From the NCBI RefSeq assembly GCF_006345805.1, contig NC_043014.1, forward strand, positions 14,384,001 through 14,448,000: a stretch of DNA of 64,000 bases. The letters are read 5' to 3'. Shown piece by piece: positions 23,607-35,059 of the stretch. The notes under the pieces were generated by a model that was not told the DNA's origin, made no database searches, and worked only from the letters and a program-made list of their open reading frames with translations. How positions within the stretch are numbered: position 1 is the first letter of the stretch; each line of letters opens with the position of its first letter. The stretch is from Octopus sinensis. Taxonomy: Eukaryota. The position numbers and the translations under genes are program-made.

Positions 23607-25329
23607 CTAATAAAGTGAAAGGCACTGATGAGTACAAGTATAAATGTGTATTTGTAATATTCTAGAATTCTGGAATCAGAATTGTATGAATCTCATCAGT
23701 TTGGGAAGCACAGTAAAAGTTACGAGGATTCTCATCCTCTTTTGTCTAACTTATTCAAAACAATATTTAGAAGCCATCTATGTATCATAAATAACGTACA
23801 TGCTATATTGATATGTTTTGCTATGTTTTTGTCCTGGGATAAGATTTAATACAGAGGTGTTTTAAATACAGAGGTGTTGCGTTAAAAAAACACAATAAAT
23901 GTCAGAAGACGAAAATTCATCTCAGCAGTGACCAGTGAGAATATTAGACACCTTCTTGGGCCTGGTGTGTACTCTCAGCGAGCCACATGTTCGGTCGATC
24001 ATTCGTCGCCTCCAGTATAGGAAACAGGAGCTAAAACAATCACTGATGTTGCGAGAAGCTGCTGAGCGGAATAAAAATTCGGTATGACACTTGAGACAGT
24101 ATCAGATTAAAATATTCGTCTATGTATCATATTTAATGTATACACACTGCAATATTTATCCTGAAATAAAATCTCTTGTAGAAGCGCTGTGTTAAATACA
24201 TAATAAATATCATAAAGAGACGAAACTTTATCCCAAGAGCAGCCAGCGATAACGTTCATGAATAATACCCCCAGCAACTGGCCTATTGGCAGTGTATATA
24301 GGTTAAGTATGATACATGGATGGTTATTTTGATCAAATATTGCCTCAATAACGTATACCGGATTAATTTCAGTATTTTGAGAAAAGTATTTCATAACCAT
24401 CAACAATAGGTATGCCATCGATATAGTTGTTTCTCGCTTATTAATAAATAATATTTATTATGTTACTTTTGCGGGGATCATTACGCCAATAAAACAAACG
24501 AACTGGTTGTATTTCACTTTCATTCTTTATTGATTGATTGACTACCATTTTTTTTTCTGTCTTTGAAATCTATATATTGTTGATAGTGAGTGCAAGTATG
24601 TATATGTATGTTTACGCATGAGGCAGTATATGTTTGTTGCCGTGTTTTTGTGTACTGTGTATGCGTGTGCGTGCGCGCATATCTGTTTTCGATTTAAAAG
24701 ATGCTATAAAGAGCAACAATCCAAGTTAAAATATTCCCTTTAACGATGATCCTGACGGCTTGAGTAAACCAAACACTTATTGAAGAAGTTTAAGTTTGGA
24801 TCAACCAAATCTCATTGCATTGTACTAGAAAAGATTCTACAACTCATTAACATTTTATCTTCCAACCTTCATTGACAGGCATTCTACCTAAAGTAATACC
24901 TGGCTAAAATAACAAGAAAGTGTGGTTTAAATATTGAAGGGAAACATTACAAATGTAGAAGTGCGTGCATGAAGCAGTTACCTGCATATTTCGTGAAGTT
25001 TTGCAAAACAAATTATCTTCTAGTTTATGGAGTTTCTTGGCTATATTCGACAAACACTTCCAACATAACGGAGATGTGCTTGCATGGCGAGTGTTTTCCT
25101 CTGAGATTGTGTGCTGAAACTAAAACGATTGCAGCATAGAAGGTACACGTTAGCCGTTCAGAAACACACAGAAAACGTTAACTTCATTTAAACATTTATG
25201 TTTGTAATATGGTGTCAAACTTTTTCTAGCTCGAAACTTTGACCTGACCACTGACAACGTTGCATTACATCTCTTCCAATATTATGGACAGCTTGCATTG
25301 CTGTTATGATGAAAATGCTTAGAAACCCT

Positions 25330-25715
25330 ACCCGTTTTTCACTATGGAGGAGAGTAATGAAATTGAAACTCACTTTGGAAGTACGGCTACAGAGTCAACA
25401 GAACAGTTGCTGGACTGACTTTTCTCCTTAACATTTGCCAAGAGAAGAAACAACTGGATTCTGATGACAAAATCGAGTTACCAAATGGTGTTCTTGTATA
25501 AAAAAAAAAGAGGAATTGATAAATCAAATTTTTAGCAGCCAAAATGATACTGCAACCTTCAAAGACCATACAGTAGTATCGTTTATCAACTTATCTGCTG
25601 ATTCTTGAAACGAGGAAATTAGCATTTCTGATGGAGAAACATTCACTTAGAAAGGCAACGATTTCTACTACGATGAATCCAATCAGTACAGTTAACCTTA
25701 AAAAGTTTCAAAACA
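25330..25715 (+). mobile_element. Helitron RepHel Pif1-helicase remnant
   Basis: LWRRVMKLKLTLEVRLQ, DDKIELPNGVLV and EELINQIF...FKDHTVVSFINLSADS*NEEI...GETFT*KGNDF...DESNQY. These resemble the Helitron segment LW..LKLT.NMR / ELI..V / RAIL.P.N..V..IN / Y.S.D / YP.EFLNSL. Stops and frameshifts are present. Confidence 0.7.
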
Positions 25716-25826
25716 GCTCCATTTTGCGGGGAGCTCTCTAAAAGAGAATTTGTTTTAATAATACTGAAGTGTATTAAAGTAATAGAAAGCATAGAAGGAA
25801 TGAGTTTACATTCTTATAATATATAT

Positions 25827-25860
<34 letters not shown>

Positions 25861-26412
25861 GAATGGTTGTATACTGTCAATCTAACAAGAACATGACAGT
25901 AGGGGGTACACCACCGTTGTATAGCCCTAGGAGGCATCGAACGCCTCCTGACAGCTTCGACACATTTTTCCCTGTGTCCTTATATACATCTACGAAGGGG
26001 AGACAAACACCCCCAACCGCCAGAACTGCATCTAGGGACACCGTGTTTCAGGATCATTGTCCTTCATCGGCCTAGAGTAGCAGACACCGGTCGGCTGGTG
26101 ATATTTGTCCGGACTTCGTATCTGTATATATGTAAACTCAGTGAAGTCTATTCACTGATTATCAAAATAAGAAATATTGAATCTAAATCTCTCGTAGAGA
26201 CCTTCGTAGATGTCTCCCCTTCGTAGATGTATATAAGGACACAGGGAAAAAATGTGTCGAAGCTGTCAGGAGGCGTTCGATGCCTCCTAGGGCTATACAA
26301 CGGTGGTGTACCCCCTACTGTCACGTTCTTGTTAGATTGACAGTATACAACCATTCTATCGCCCCACCACCGTACAGGTCTCTACGAGAGATTTAGAAAT
26401 TCAATATTTCTT
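25861..26412. mobile_element. Short Penelope-pLTR-like insertion with inverted duplication, in (TA)n
   Basis: 25861-26005 is the reverse complement of 26211-26356. A second inverted pair lies at ~26172-26203 / 26377-26410. Carries a hammerhead and belongs to the same family as 49365-49639. Confidence 0.75.
26026..26083 (-). ncRNA. Type I hammerhead ribozyme with U4C change
   Basis: Minus strand: CTGC TAC TCTAGG-CCGATGA-AGGA CAATGA TCCT-GAAA-CACGGTG-TC^CCTAGA T GCAG. Stem I has 6+4 bp, stem II has 4 bp, stem III is near-palindromic. Predicted cut between 26037 and 26036. Confidence 0.75.
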
Positions 26413-26413
26413 A

Positions 26414-26502
<89 letters not shown>

Positions 26503-26708
26503 GTGAAATAGAAAGATGAATAATCTTGTAGCAGATTAATCAAAAGTTTAACCGATACCTTGGTAGCAAAAATCACAGCAGAAGACAGCACGGTTGGAGG
26601 TACAACCATATGGTGTTGCAACCGTGCGTTGGTGCGGATAATTGAAATTAAAATATTATTGGTGAATTGAAGAAATGGAGCTGAACGAAGATTGAACAGA
26701 AATCGTTT

Positions 26709-26801
26709 TATTTCATTCTACACGTGTTTCGAAAGGCACAATTTACCAAAATCCGATTGAATAATGAGACCATATTGTGTCTTTCTCTTCAGGAAGAAAT
26801 A
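26709..26801 (-). ncRNA. Mirror copy of the same hammerhead
   Basis: Exact reverse complement of 26967-27059. Confidence 0.85.
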
Positions 26802-26966
26802 GGAAATCCGTTGGAAAAAACAAAAACAGAACAGAGGCGGAGCAAAACAAATCGAACTAGGCTCCTAAGAGCCCATGGCAAGAGTTTTGCCATGGGCTCT
26901 TAGGAGCCTAGTTCGATTTGTTTTGCTCCGCCTCTGTTCTGTTTTTGTTTTTTCCAACGGATTTCC

Positions 26967-27059
26967 TATTTCTTCCTGAAGAGAAAGACACAATATGGTC
27001 TCATTATTCAATCGGATTTTGGTAAATTGTGCCTTTCGAAACACGTGTAGAATGAAATA
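26967..27059 (+). ncRNA. Type I hammerhead ribozyme with intact core
   Basis: TATTTC TTC-CTGAAGA-GAAAG A CACAAT [31-nt loop] ATTGTG C CTTTC-GAAA-CACGTG-TA^GAA T GAAATA. Palindromic loop-less stem III. Predicted cut after 27049. Confidence 0.85.
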
Positions 27060-27112
27060 AAACGATTTCTGTTCAATCTTCCTTCAGCTCCATTTCTTCA
27101 ATTCACCAATAA

Positions 27113-27157
<45 letters not shown>

Positions 27158-27165
27158 TATATATA

Positions 27166-27360
27166 AGGCGAGCTGGCAGAAACGTTAGCACGCCGGGCAA
27201 AATGCTTAGCGGTATTTCGTCTGCCGTTACATTCCGAGTTCAAATTCCGCCGAGGTCGACTTTGCCTTTCATCCTTTCGGGGTCGATAAACAAAGTACCA
27301 GTTACGCACTGGGGTCAATGTAATCAACTTAATCCCTTTGTCTGTATTCTCTATGTTTAA
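27166..27360 (+). mobile_element. SINE family 1 in (TA)n
   Basis: Head and core match, with a shortened tail. Confidence 0.85.
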
Positions 27361-27368
27361 ATAGAGAA

Positions 27369-27438
<70 letters not shown>

Positions 27439-27449
27439 ATATTTATATA

Positions 27450-28330
27450 TGTCCTAGGAGATGACACGTTCAAAGAGCATATGATAGGCCACTTAGAACA
27501 AAGAGACCCTTATTTAATTAAGTATATACATAACAAGCCAGAACTATTATCAAAGAACCTAGACATTCTCTTAGACTTTTCTCTTTATCTTCTCTTTATC
27601 TAAATGAAATATAACGAAGCTCTCTATAACAGTAATTATCTGGGAATAGGGCAATGCATAAACCACAAACCTTTCACATGAAATAAGAATAGAAGAAGGA
27701 ATTCTTCTGATATAATCTCCCCTTCAACGTACAAGTCCCCACACTAATAACTAAATCACTTTTCAAAATTATTGCAAAATACTCTCATCTCTACCACATG
27801 TACAAAATACTAACAAACGAACATAACCAACAACTTAAAAAAAACTGTAACTAATTAAACCACCAAAAACTATCTAAAAATGAAAACCTAAATCACATAT
27901 ATAATAATAACTGTAATAGTAGAAAACCTTTTATCCTGTCCTCTAGAAGAAATCTGCCTCTCAAAGAATATCGTATATAGCGCAACAGTAATCACGAACA
28001 TGACACCAACTACTATATCTTCATAGATCGGATCTAGAGCAGACCAGTTCAAAATAAGATATAACCAGCATACGCATAATTTTCGCAATCCAAACAGGAA
28101 AATTGATACGTCACTATCCAAACAAATGAACATTAAAATTAAAATAATCTCCGTTTAGTACCTATTGGGAAATACTCTCATACCAAATCAAGGTAGAAAC
28201 AAACCCTGTCAACTTTGAACTAATGAATCCTACCTCATTCTCACATTCAAGAACCAAATTTTGAACCGAACCTCTGAACTAGTCTCTTCATATAAGCGTA
28301 AAAAAAGAAAATTTAAAACACTAGAACATT
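27450..28330 (+). mobile_element. Decayed Penelope-like element: RT C-terminal linker and GIY-YIG endonuclease
   Basis: KNRRRNSSDIISPFNVQV...FKII, CPLEEICLSKNIVYSATV, FKIRYNQHTHNFRN...TSLSK and ILNRTSELVSSYKRKK. These resemble the Penelope motifs KNRKRNIIWFNPP, CPL.G.CL...VY.A.V, FK.RY.NH..SF and LLN.RSEL. Many stops. Confidence 0.75.
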
Positions 28331-28934
28331 TCAAACCAATAGATTTTTCTAACGACTAAATATGTAAATATTTCACCAATCCCTCTCCTTCCACCTACAC
28401 CGTAAACCATCCCCGTAATATATATATATACTTTGTTACAGTTTTACACTAAAACATTGCAGAAATTATCTAAAAGTTTCCCTATCTCTAACCAAAATCC
28501 CCACAATAAAATCTTCTGGTTTAAGCACACAAACCTACATACACATATATAATCATATATTTGTATGCAAGCAAGTTGGAAATCCCTTTTCTTTTTTAAT
28601 CCTCCATTTTTTAATAATACTTTAAAATTTCTTTTTAAATTAAAAATTTTCAATTTTCGAATCAATTTTTAAAATCGAATTTTGTTTTTATTCCCATTTT
28701 CATACATGAGCATATATCCACCTCTTATAATGGCCCGCTTTCGCATATATCCATAGGCCTAAAATAATATATTATAAAATACCCAAGTTTGAAACAGAAT
28801 TGAAGAAATATTTATAAACACATATCCCACAAACTCTGCCTCCATAAAACACAAAAGTTACAATTTCTACATATTAATCAAATTGCTTATAGAACAATGA
28901 ACACATACAGAAACATACAGACCAACAAAGTGAT

Positions 28935-30630
28935 GAGTTAAAAAACTGTTCTTAATTACGTGATAACAGCGGCGAACTTTATCAAAGCGAACGCACTCAA
29001 TTCCCGTTTGTTTGAGGAGTTGTGCAAAGGAAGTAATTCTGAAAGTGATTCTGAATTCGAAACGCTTTTATTGTACTCACAAATGACACGGCTTTCGAGA
29101 GGAAAAACAATAAAGAGGGTCTTCCTTCTACGAAAAGAAGTCCACGATTTTTTACTAGATGCCAAGCCAGATTTGCACGCTGAATTCTCCCGCATTCATT
29201 TTCTGATCTGCATGGCATTTTTGGCGGACATATTAGAGCCAGTGAATGAATGCCGTCAATCTTTCACTGCAAGGGAAAGATATAATCATGCTTCATTCTC
29301 ATGAAAAACTAACTGCTTTCAAAATGAAGCTCGAACTTTGGCACCAAAAGTTGGATAGAAAGAACTTTGTATATTTTCCGCAACTAAACATGTTTATTGA
29401 TGTAAACGAGTTTTAAGTCGATGACGATATCGTTTCACTCAAGAAACAACACGTATCAATACTTGGCAGAGAAATATATCTTTATTTTTCTGATCTTCAC
29501 GACTTTGACAAACACTACCGCTTTATCGGGAACACCTTTGTAATCTCTGTTATCAGGAACCCCTTTGTACTCTCTGCCTACAGAAGACAATGTAATTCAA
29601 CAGCAGTTCATTGATTTGGTCAATGTTGGAGGTGCAAAATTTTTGTCCGTGAAATATGCTGTTTTGACTTTCGGATTGAAATGGCACAGTCATATCCTGA
29701 TGTTGCAAATATGGCTCTTAAAGTACTGATGCCATTTCCAGCCACCTATAAGTGTGAAATCGCGTTTTCCACTCTCCTTGCAATCAAAACGAAGTCACGA
29801 AATCGACTGGGTGTCACACCAGAAATGAGAGTTTCTCCTCTCCAAAACAGAGCCGAACATTGAAAAACTGGTTGCTGTAAAGCAGGCACATCCGTCACTC
29901 TGAGCTTTGCTGTAAATAAAATGACATATCGTCTGCTTTTGTGAGCAAATAATTTCTCATATAATTTTTTATGTCATATTATGTATCAGGGATTCGGGAA
30001 AAAGGATGGAATACCTACAAGGGCGGAGGAGAAGCCGGTGTTTCTACTAAAATTGAGGTTTTCCGTGCATACTAGGTGCATACTAGTAGTCCAATTGGCA
30101 GAAACTTCTGTACATTTTGGGATTCTATTACAATTCTTCTGCTGAAAATCGCTAAATTGATTGAAATGCACTTCTTGGATAATCAATATGAAGAATGGCA
30201 TGCCAATGGGGAGGAATAGCATCTCAAAACATGGTGAAAGAGGAACCACTGTAATTTTCGGTGTATGACCTACGGTTTCTTTCTGTTAAATGGATAAAAA
30301 TGGGTCTTACGCAGTTGTTAATACAGGATGTCCGGGATATTTACGGACTGCTTTCGTTTCTCATATGTGTTCTAACCAATTGATCACTTGATTCCCCATG
30401 TTTTCATGTGTATTTATTGTACCCCAATGAGGTATTGCGTGAATTAAGTTGTGGCCTTCGGAGTTGCGGGTTTATTGGCAGTGCGGGTCATAGTACGAAA
30501 AATACGTACACGAAAGTATGTCACTTTTTCTCTGTTAATTATCATGCATTTTATAAAGAACCGCGAATCATCGAAAAAAACTGTAAGGGGACCAGTACAT
30601 AAAACCTTTCAAAAAGTTTGAAAATCACTG
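28935..30630 (+). mobile_element. 5'-truncated hAT (Buster/Charlie-type) transposon, pseudogenised transposase
   Basis: ANFIKANALNSRLFEELC...LLYSQMTRLSRGKTIKRVFLLR and the dimerisation segment YPDVANMALKVLMPFPATYKCEIAFSTL..IKTKSRNRL. The right TIR (reverse complement CAGTGATTTTCAAACTTTTT) ends at 30630, followed by ttcTAagt (nnnTAnnn). Confidence 0.85.
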
Positions 30631-31174
30631 TTCTAAGTAATAACATAACACCAAGTTTAATCAATAAAAAATTTCTCAAAAACACCTTTCCATAACAATC
30701 CACCTTTAAACCTGATTACCACTCTTCTCAAACCCACATGCCCAAGAAAGATTTTAACTCAACAGTGACTGTATAAAGCCAAGATTAACTTCAAATTATT
30801 GCAGTCCGACGATGGGTTAGCTGTCCGAAACTTCGGAGTCAATGTCAATAATATGCTTGTTTATGAATAATACATATGCACATATAATTACATGTGTGTG
30901 TGTGTGTTTATGTGTGTGTGTATGTGTGTGTGAGTAGATATCAGCGTACGGCAGTCATTGCTGTTTGGTTAAGAAGTTCACCTAGAACTTATTTGAGTGT
31001 TACGGGTTATAGAAGAACGCATTATTTTAGATGTGGTTGTAAATATGTTTATGTCGAAAGAACGAAAAAGGCAGCTTCATTTTATTCATTTACACACACA
31101 CAAAATAAAATCATATATATTTGTATGTATGTATGAATGTATGCATGTATATGTATATGTATGCATGTATATAA

Positions 31175-31275
<101 letters not shown>

Positions 31276-31347
31276 GTATGTATATATATATTGTTTGCTT
31301 TCAAACTTGCTGAATTTTCAGAAACCTTGCTTTTAAGTTTACTTTTT

Positions 31348-31887
31348 TCAATACACACTTCTCCATCGGTGATGTCTCGCATGATGTTGTTCATCGGTCG
31401 ATACTTGAAGATTGTCTTTGATCGGACTATAAATGTTTCGCTCACGATAGAAAGTCAAATAGCCTTTGTCATAGAGCTGTTCACAAGCAAATCGCGGCAA
31501 GTATAAACGCCAAACGAATCTGTAGGGCCTTGTACTGATCAGATCATAAACGTAAACTTGGCATTGTACCATTGTAGCAAAAGCAATAAGTTCGAATTCA
31601 GTGGCAGGTGTACGGTTGATTGATAATTTCTGGGCGTGTTCATAACGAACTGCCTTATCAATCAGGTCTGTGTGGAAAACATGATCGGGAAAGAGAGACT
31701 CGAAAGCTATTATGGCCTTGCGCCATTTTATGTAATTCCTTTCATGACCTGAAAAGAGATAACTTACCGACCGAAAAAACGAGTTGCCATCTTTAATGAC
31801 GGGAATCAATTTCCGGTTTTCAGTTTTGAGATTTGCACTAGCTACAGCTGATGGATCTGAAAGGGAGAGAAGTTTTCGAATGACCAT
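31348..31887 (-). CDS. OTU-fold domain lacking catalytic Cys and His; probable 498-nt exon at 31359-31856
   Basis: [18 protein letters not shown] (Cys replaced by Ser, codon TCG at 31782-31780), [20 protein letters not shown], and GYLTF...NIYSPI where H-Y is expected. Acceptor cttctctccctttcag|AT at 31857/31856. Possible donor A|GTGTGT at 31359/31358. Confidence 0.6.
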   Translation of the reverse strand: MVIRKLLSLSDPSAVASANLKTENRKLIPVIKDGNSFFRSVSYLFSGHERNYIKWRKAIIAFESLFPDHVFHTDLIDKAVRYEHAQKLSINRTPATEFELIAFATMVQCQVYVYDLISTRPYRFVWRLYLPRFACEQLYDKGYLTFYRERNIYSPIKDNLQVSTDEQHHARHHRWRSVY

Positions 31888-32092
31888 CGGTTATACTATG
31901 GTTATTTGTAGATATTCTAATTTCATGTAAAGGTTCAAAAGTAAAAATAACAATGACGATACAAACAAAAGATAGCAGCCTGTCGAGTCGACAGGGTGTC
32001 AGATTACAAGCTTAGTGTTCGTATCACTTCACAAATTACAGAGTATTACAAGCTTAGTGTTCGTACGACTTCACAGGTCTATAATTAAAATA

Positions 32093-32582
32093 CCGTAAAT
32101 CCTCGAGTATAATCCGCATTTTTCCCTCGTACTATATACGAAGTTAAAAATCAAAAATATTTTCTAAGCAATGTCTGAGTCACTATTTGCTGTCTATGTT
32201 TATTCAGACGCATTTTGTGATGTCGGGCGAGAAAATACCTTAAGCTAAGCCTGAAAGCAATGAAGTCATAAAAGAATCATCCATAACTTGCAGTAAGCAA
32301 CATTTATTAAAATAAAAGTATTCAGAACACAGAATAACATGTAACAAAAACAATTTGCAAACATATTTACATTCACATATAACAGTTAAGAACATCACAA
32401 TTATTGTATTACGCATGCACGGAAGTGTTTGTTCGAGTAAGTGCTGCTGGCTTAGTTACGCACGACTTAAGTTAGAGAAGGGGTTCGTATTATACACGAG
32501 GTTTAGGTTTTTCAGAGGTACAGCCTCCTAAAAATCCCCTGCGTATTATACTCAAGGGCGGACTATACTCGAGGATTTACGG
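32093..32582. mobile_element. MITE, same TIR family as 3595-4114, opposite orientation
   Basis: TA|ccgtaaatcctcgagtataatccg ... cggactatactcgaggatttacgg|TA. Confidence 0.85.
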
Positions 32583-32886
32583 TACTAAATTTACTAAACT
32601 GAATCAGTCCGCTTAGATATATATATAGATATATGGATATCTTGACTATGACATTAAATTTTCGCTGGGTCAATTCATTTAGCCATGAGTACATCATTAA
32701 ACTTACACTGGGTTACTCTACTCAAAATAAATGTCATAGCTATGATACTTGTTCATCGTTGAATCCGCTTTATTATGAATATATCGCTACAAAGGTTATG
32801 ACCGAAGACATTCACTAGATGTGTTCACTTAGCTATCCATAAATAAGACAATAAACTTTCGCTTGGTTAGTTCTTTTAATTATACC

Positions 32887-33250
32887 AGGAGGCGCAATAG
32901 CCCAGTGGTTAGGGCAGCGGACTCGCAGTCATAGGATCGCGGTTTCGATTCCCAGACCGGGCGTTGTGAGTGTTTATTGAGCGAAAACACCTAAAGCTCC
33001 ACGAGGCTCCGGCAGGGGATGGTGGTGATCCCTGCTGTACTCTTTCACCACAACTTTCTCTCACTCTTACTTCCTGTTTCTGTTGTACCTGTATTTCAAA
33101 GGGCTCGGCCTTGTCACTCTCTGTGTCACGCTGGATATCCCCGAGAACTACGTTAACGGTACACGTGTCTGTGGAGTGCTCAGTCACTTACACGTTAATC
33201 TCACGAGCAGGCTGTTCCGTTGATTCGGATCAACCGGAACTCTCGTCGGA
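32887..33250 (+). mobile_element. SINE family 3
   Basis: tRNA-like head ggaggcgcaatagcccagtggttagggcagcggactcg...ggtttcgattccc, then a body matching 20722-21052. Confidence 0.85.
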
Positions 33251-34049
33251 ACTCCACATTTGACTGTAAAAAGACAATCACATGACGAAGGACGACACGC
33301 CTCAGTTAATCAATAAGGACACTGCATAATTAACAATCATTTGCATTGCAATAACGATTTCAAATGTTATTATAGGTAAAGGATCATGACAGAAGAGCAC
33401 TCAGCCATATGTTAATGAGAACTCAATACGAGTGAATAAAAGCTCGTATTCAATAATTGCAAATAGGTCTAATGTGTCGGTACAATTGATCAGTGTTGTC
33501 GTGTCGTCGTGAAGAAAGGATTCACCGTTAAAGTCCTACCCTTCATGGGGTGATTAATAGAAAAAAATACACTGGAGTTGTAAGCCACCATTGTTCTCTT
33601 AACGTTCACAAAAAGAAAAAATTCAGTTCGGCGCTGCTGACGAAACACATTAATTTTATTGCGCTTCTGTTACATACAATGTGTATATTGCGGTAATAGT
33701 GGCTTAGGTGACAAGATACAAAATTCTGACCTCGGGATTAACCAAGAAATTTTTACTAATTCACGTTGTCTGCGACCACAAAATGAACATAAATTATCAC
33801 TGAACTGATTTCATTATCTTCAATGAACTTGGAGCAAACATTCCTGTAAAAAAGACCACATCACCCTCCGTTCTCAGTTTTAGGGTAGACATTCTCAGAC
33901 GCTTCAATTACTATTGCTCTTGTATCTAAAGGCATGGGCATACTGGGATGTTGCCAACGAGCCTCAAGGGTCAAAGGACCTAATTCTGATCTGCGAATCC
34001 TGTAACTTACCGTCAATAAATACTATACGGTCCAGATCATTGATTTAAA

Positions 34050-34482
34050 AAATGAAGTTCCCTTCTCGAATCATACTGACTCATAAGGGCCGGTTTCCTG
34101 TTCTCATGGCGTATATATTCCCCACCTGGACGGGACGCCGCTCCGTCGCAGAATTGCTCATTTTGCCAGCTGAGTGGACTGAGCAAGGTGAAAAAAAGTG
34201 TTTTTTTCAAGAACACAACGCGTCGCCCGGTCCAGGAATCGAAACCACAATCTTACTTATTTCTTTATTGCCCACAAGGGGCTAAACATAGAGGGGACAA
34301 ACAAGAACAGACAAAGGGATTAAGTCGATTATATCGACCCCAGTGCGTAACTGGTACTTATTTAATCGACCCCGAAAGGATGAAAAGTAAAGTCGACCTC
34401 GGCGGAATTTGAACGTAACGGCAGACGAAATACTGCTAAGCATTTCGACTAGCGTGCTAACGTTTCTGCCAGCTCGCCACCT
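34050..34482 (-). mobile_element. SINE family 4 (34050-34255, 34484-34540) interrupted by a SINE family 1 copy (34256-34482)
   Basis: acaatcttact flanks the family 1 copy at ~34247-34257 and ~34489-34499. Confidence 0.75.
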
Positions 34483-34591
34483 TCAATAACAATCTTACTA
34501 TCTCAAGTCCAACACCCTTACCACTAAGCCATGCGCATCCACTAGATCATTGATTTGCCCAGAGACCTATCATGCTGCTAAGACAGCCGTG

Positions 34592-35024
34592 TTTGTTATT
34601 TGTAAAAGCTGCATATGATATAGAAAATACCTCAAATTGTGCCATTTAATGTATTTTTGTATATCCAGAACAAGCAAATATATCAATAATGAAACTACTG
34701 GAAAAGGAATCTGAAAGTGGATAATAGATTCGCTTCGACGGGTAGATACCTGCTACAATCTTAATTAGTAATTGTTTGTCGATAGGCAAAGAAATGAGAA
34801 TATTATATGTTTTTTAGTTTCAATTGGAGCACCCCACCTGATAATATTAAATATTCAATATCCTCTGGTTGCTTGTAGTTGTTAAAATTGCTCCAGTCTG
34901 GCCAGACCCAAGGAAAAACTAAGCTAAAGCTTTAGATTCTTAGAAAAAGCAGCAAGGACAGAAAACACGGACAATTTTACCCAATATAAATACAATAGTA
35001 TTAATAATAATAATAATAATAATA

Positions 35025-35059
<35 letters not shown>

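Larger units (their letters stand above)
26500..27117. mobile_element. Penelope-pLTR-like insertion forming a 467-bp palindrome (26651-27117), in (TA)n
   Basis: 231-bp arms (26651-26881 / 26887-27117) with one mismatch and a gagtt spacer. (TA)n lies on both outer sides. Confidence 0.8.

Noticed and set aside
23900-24100. Mariner-like peptide (SIIRRLQYRK)
   Set aside because: Too short and diverged to call, and no paired TIR was found.
32887-32960. tRNA-like sequences at SINE heads
   Set aside because: They run into SINE bodies and lack a proper acceptor stem, so they are not tRNA genes.
33780-34010. Protein-like minus-strand stretch with splice-like sites
   Set aside because: It is short, ends in stops, has inconsistent phases and shows no recognisable homology.
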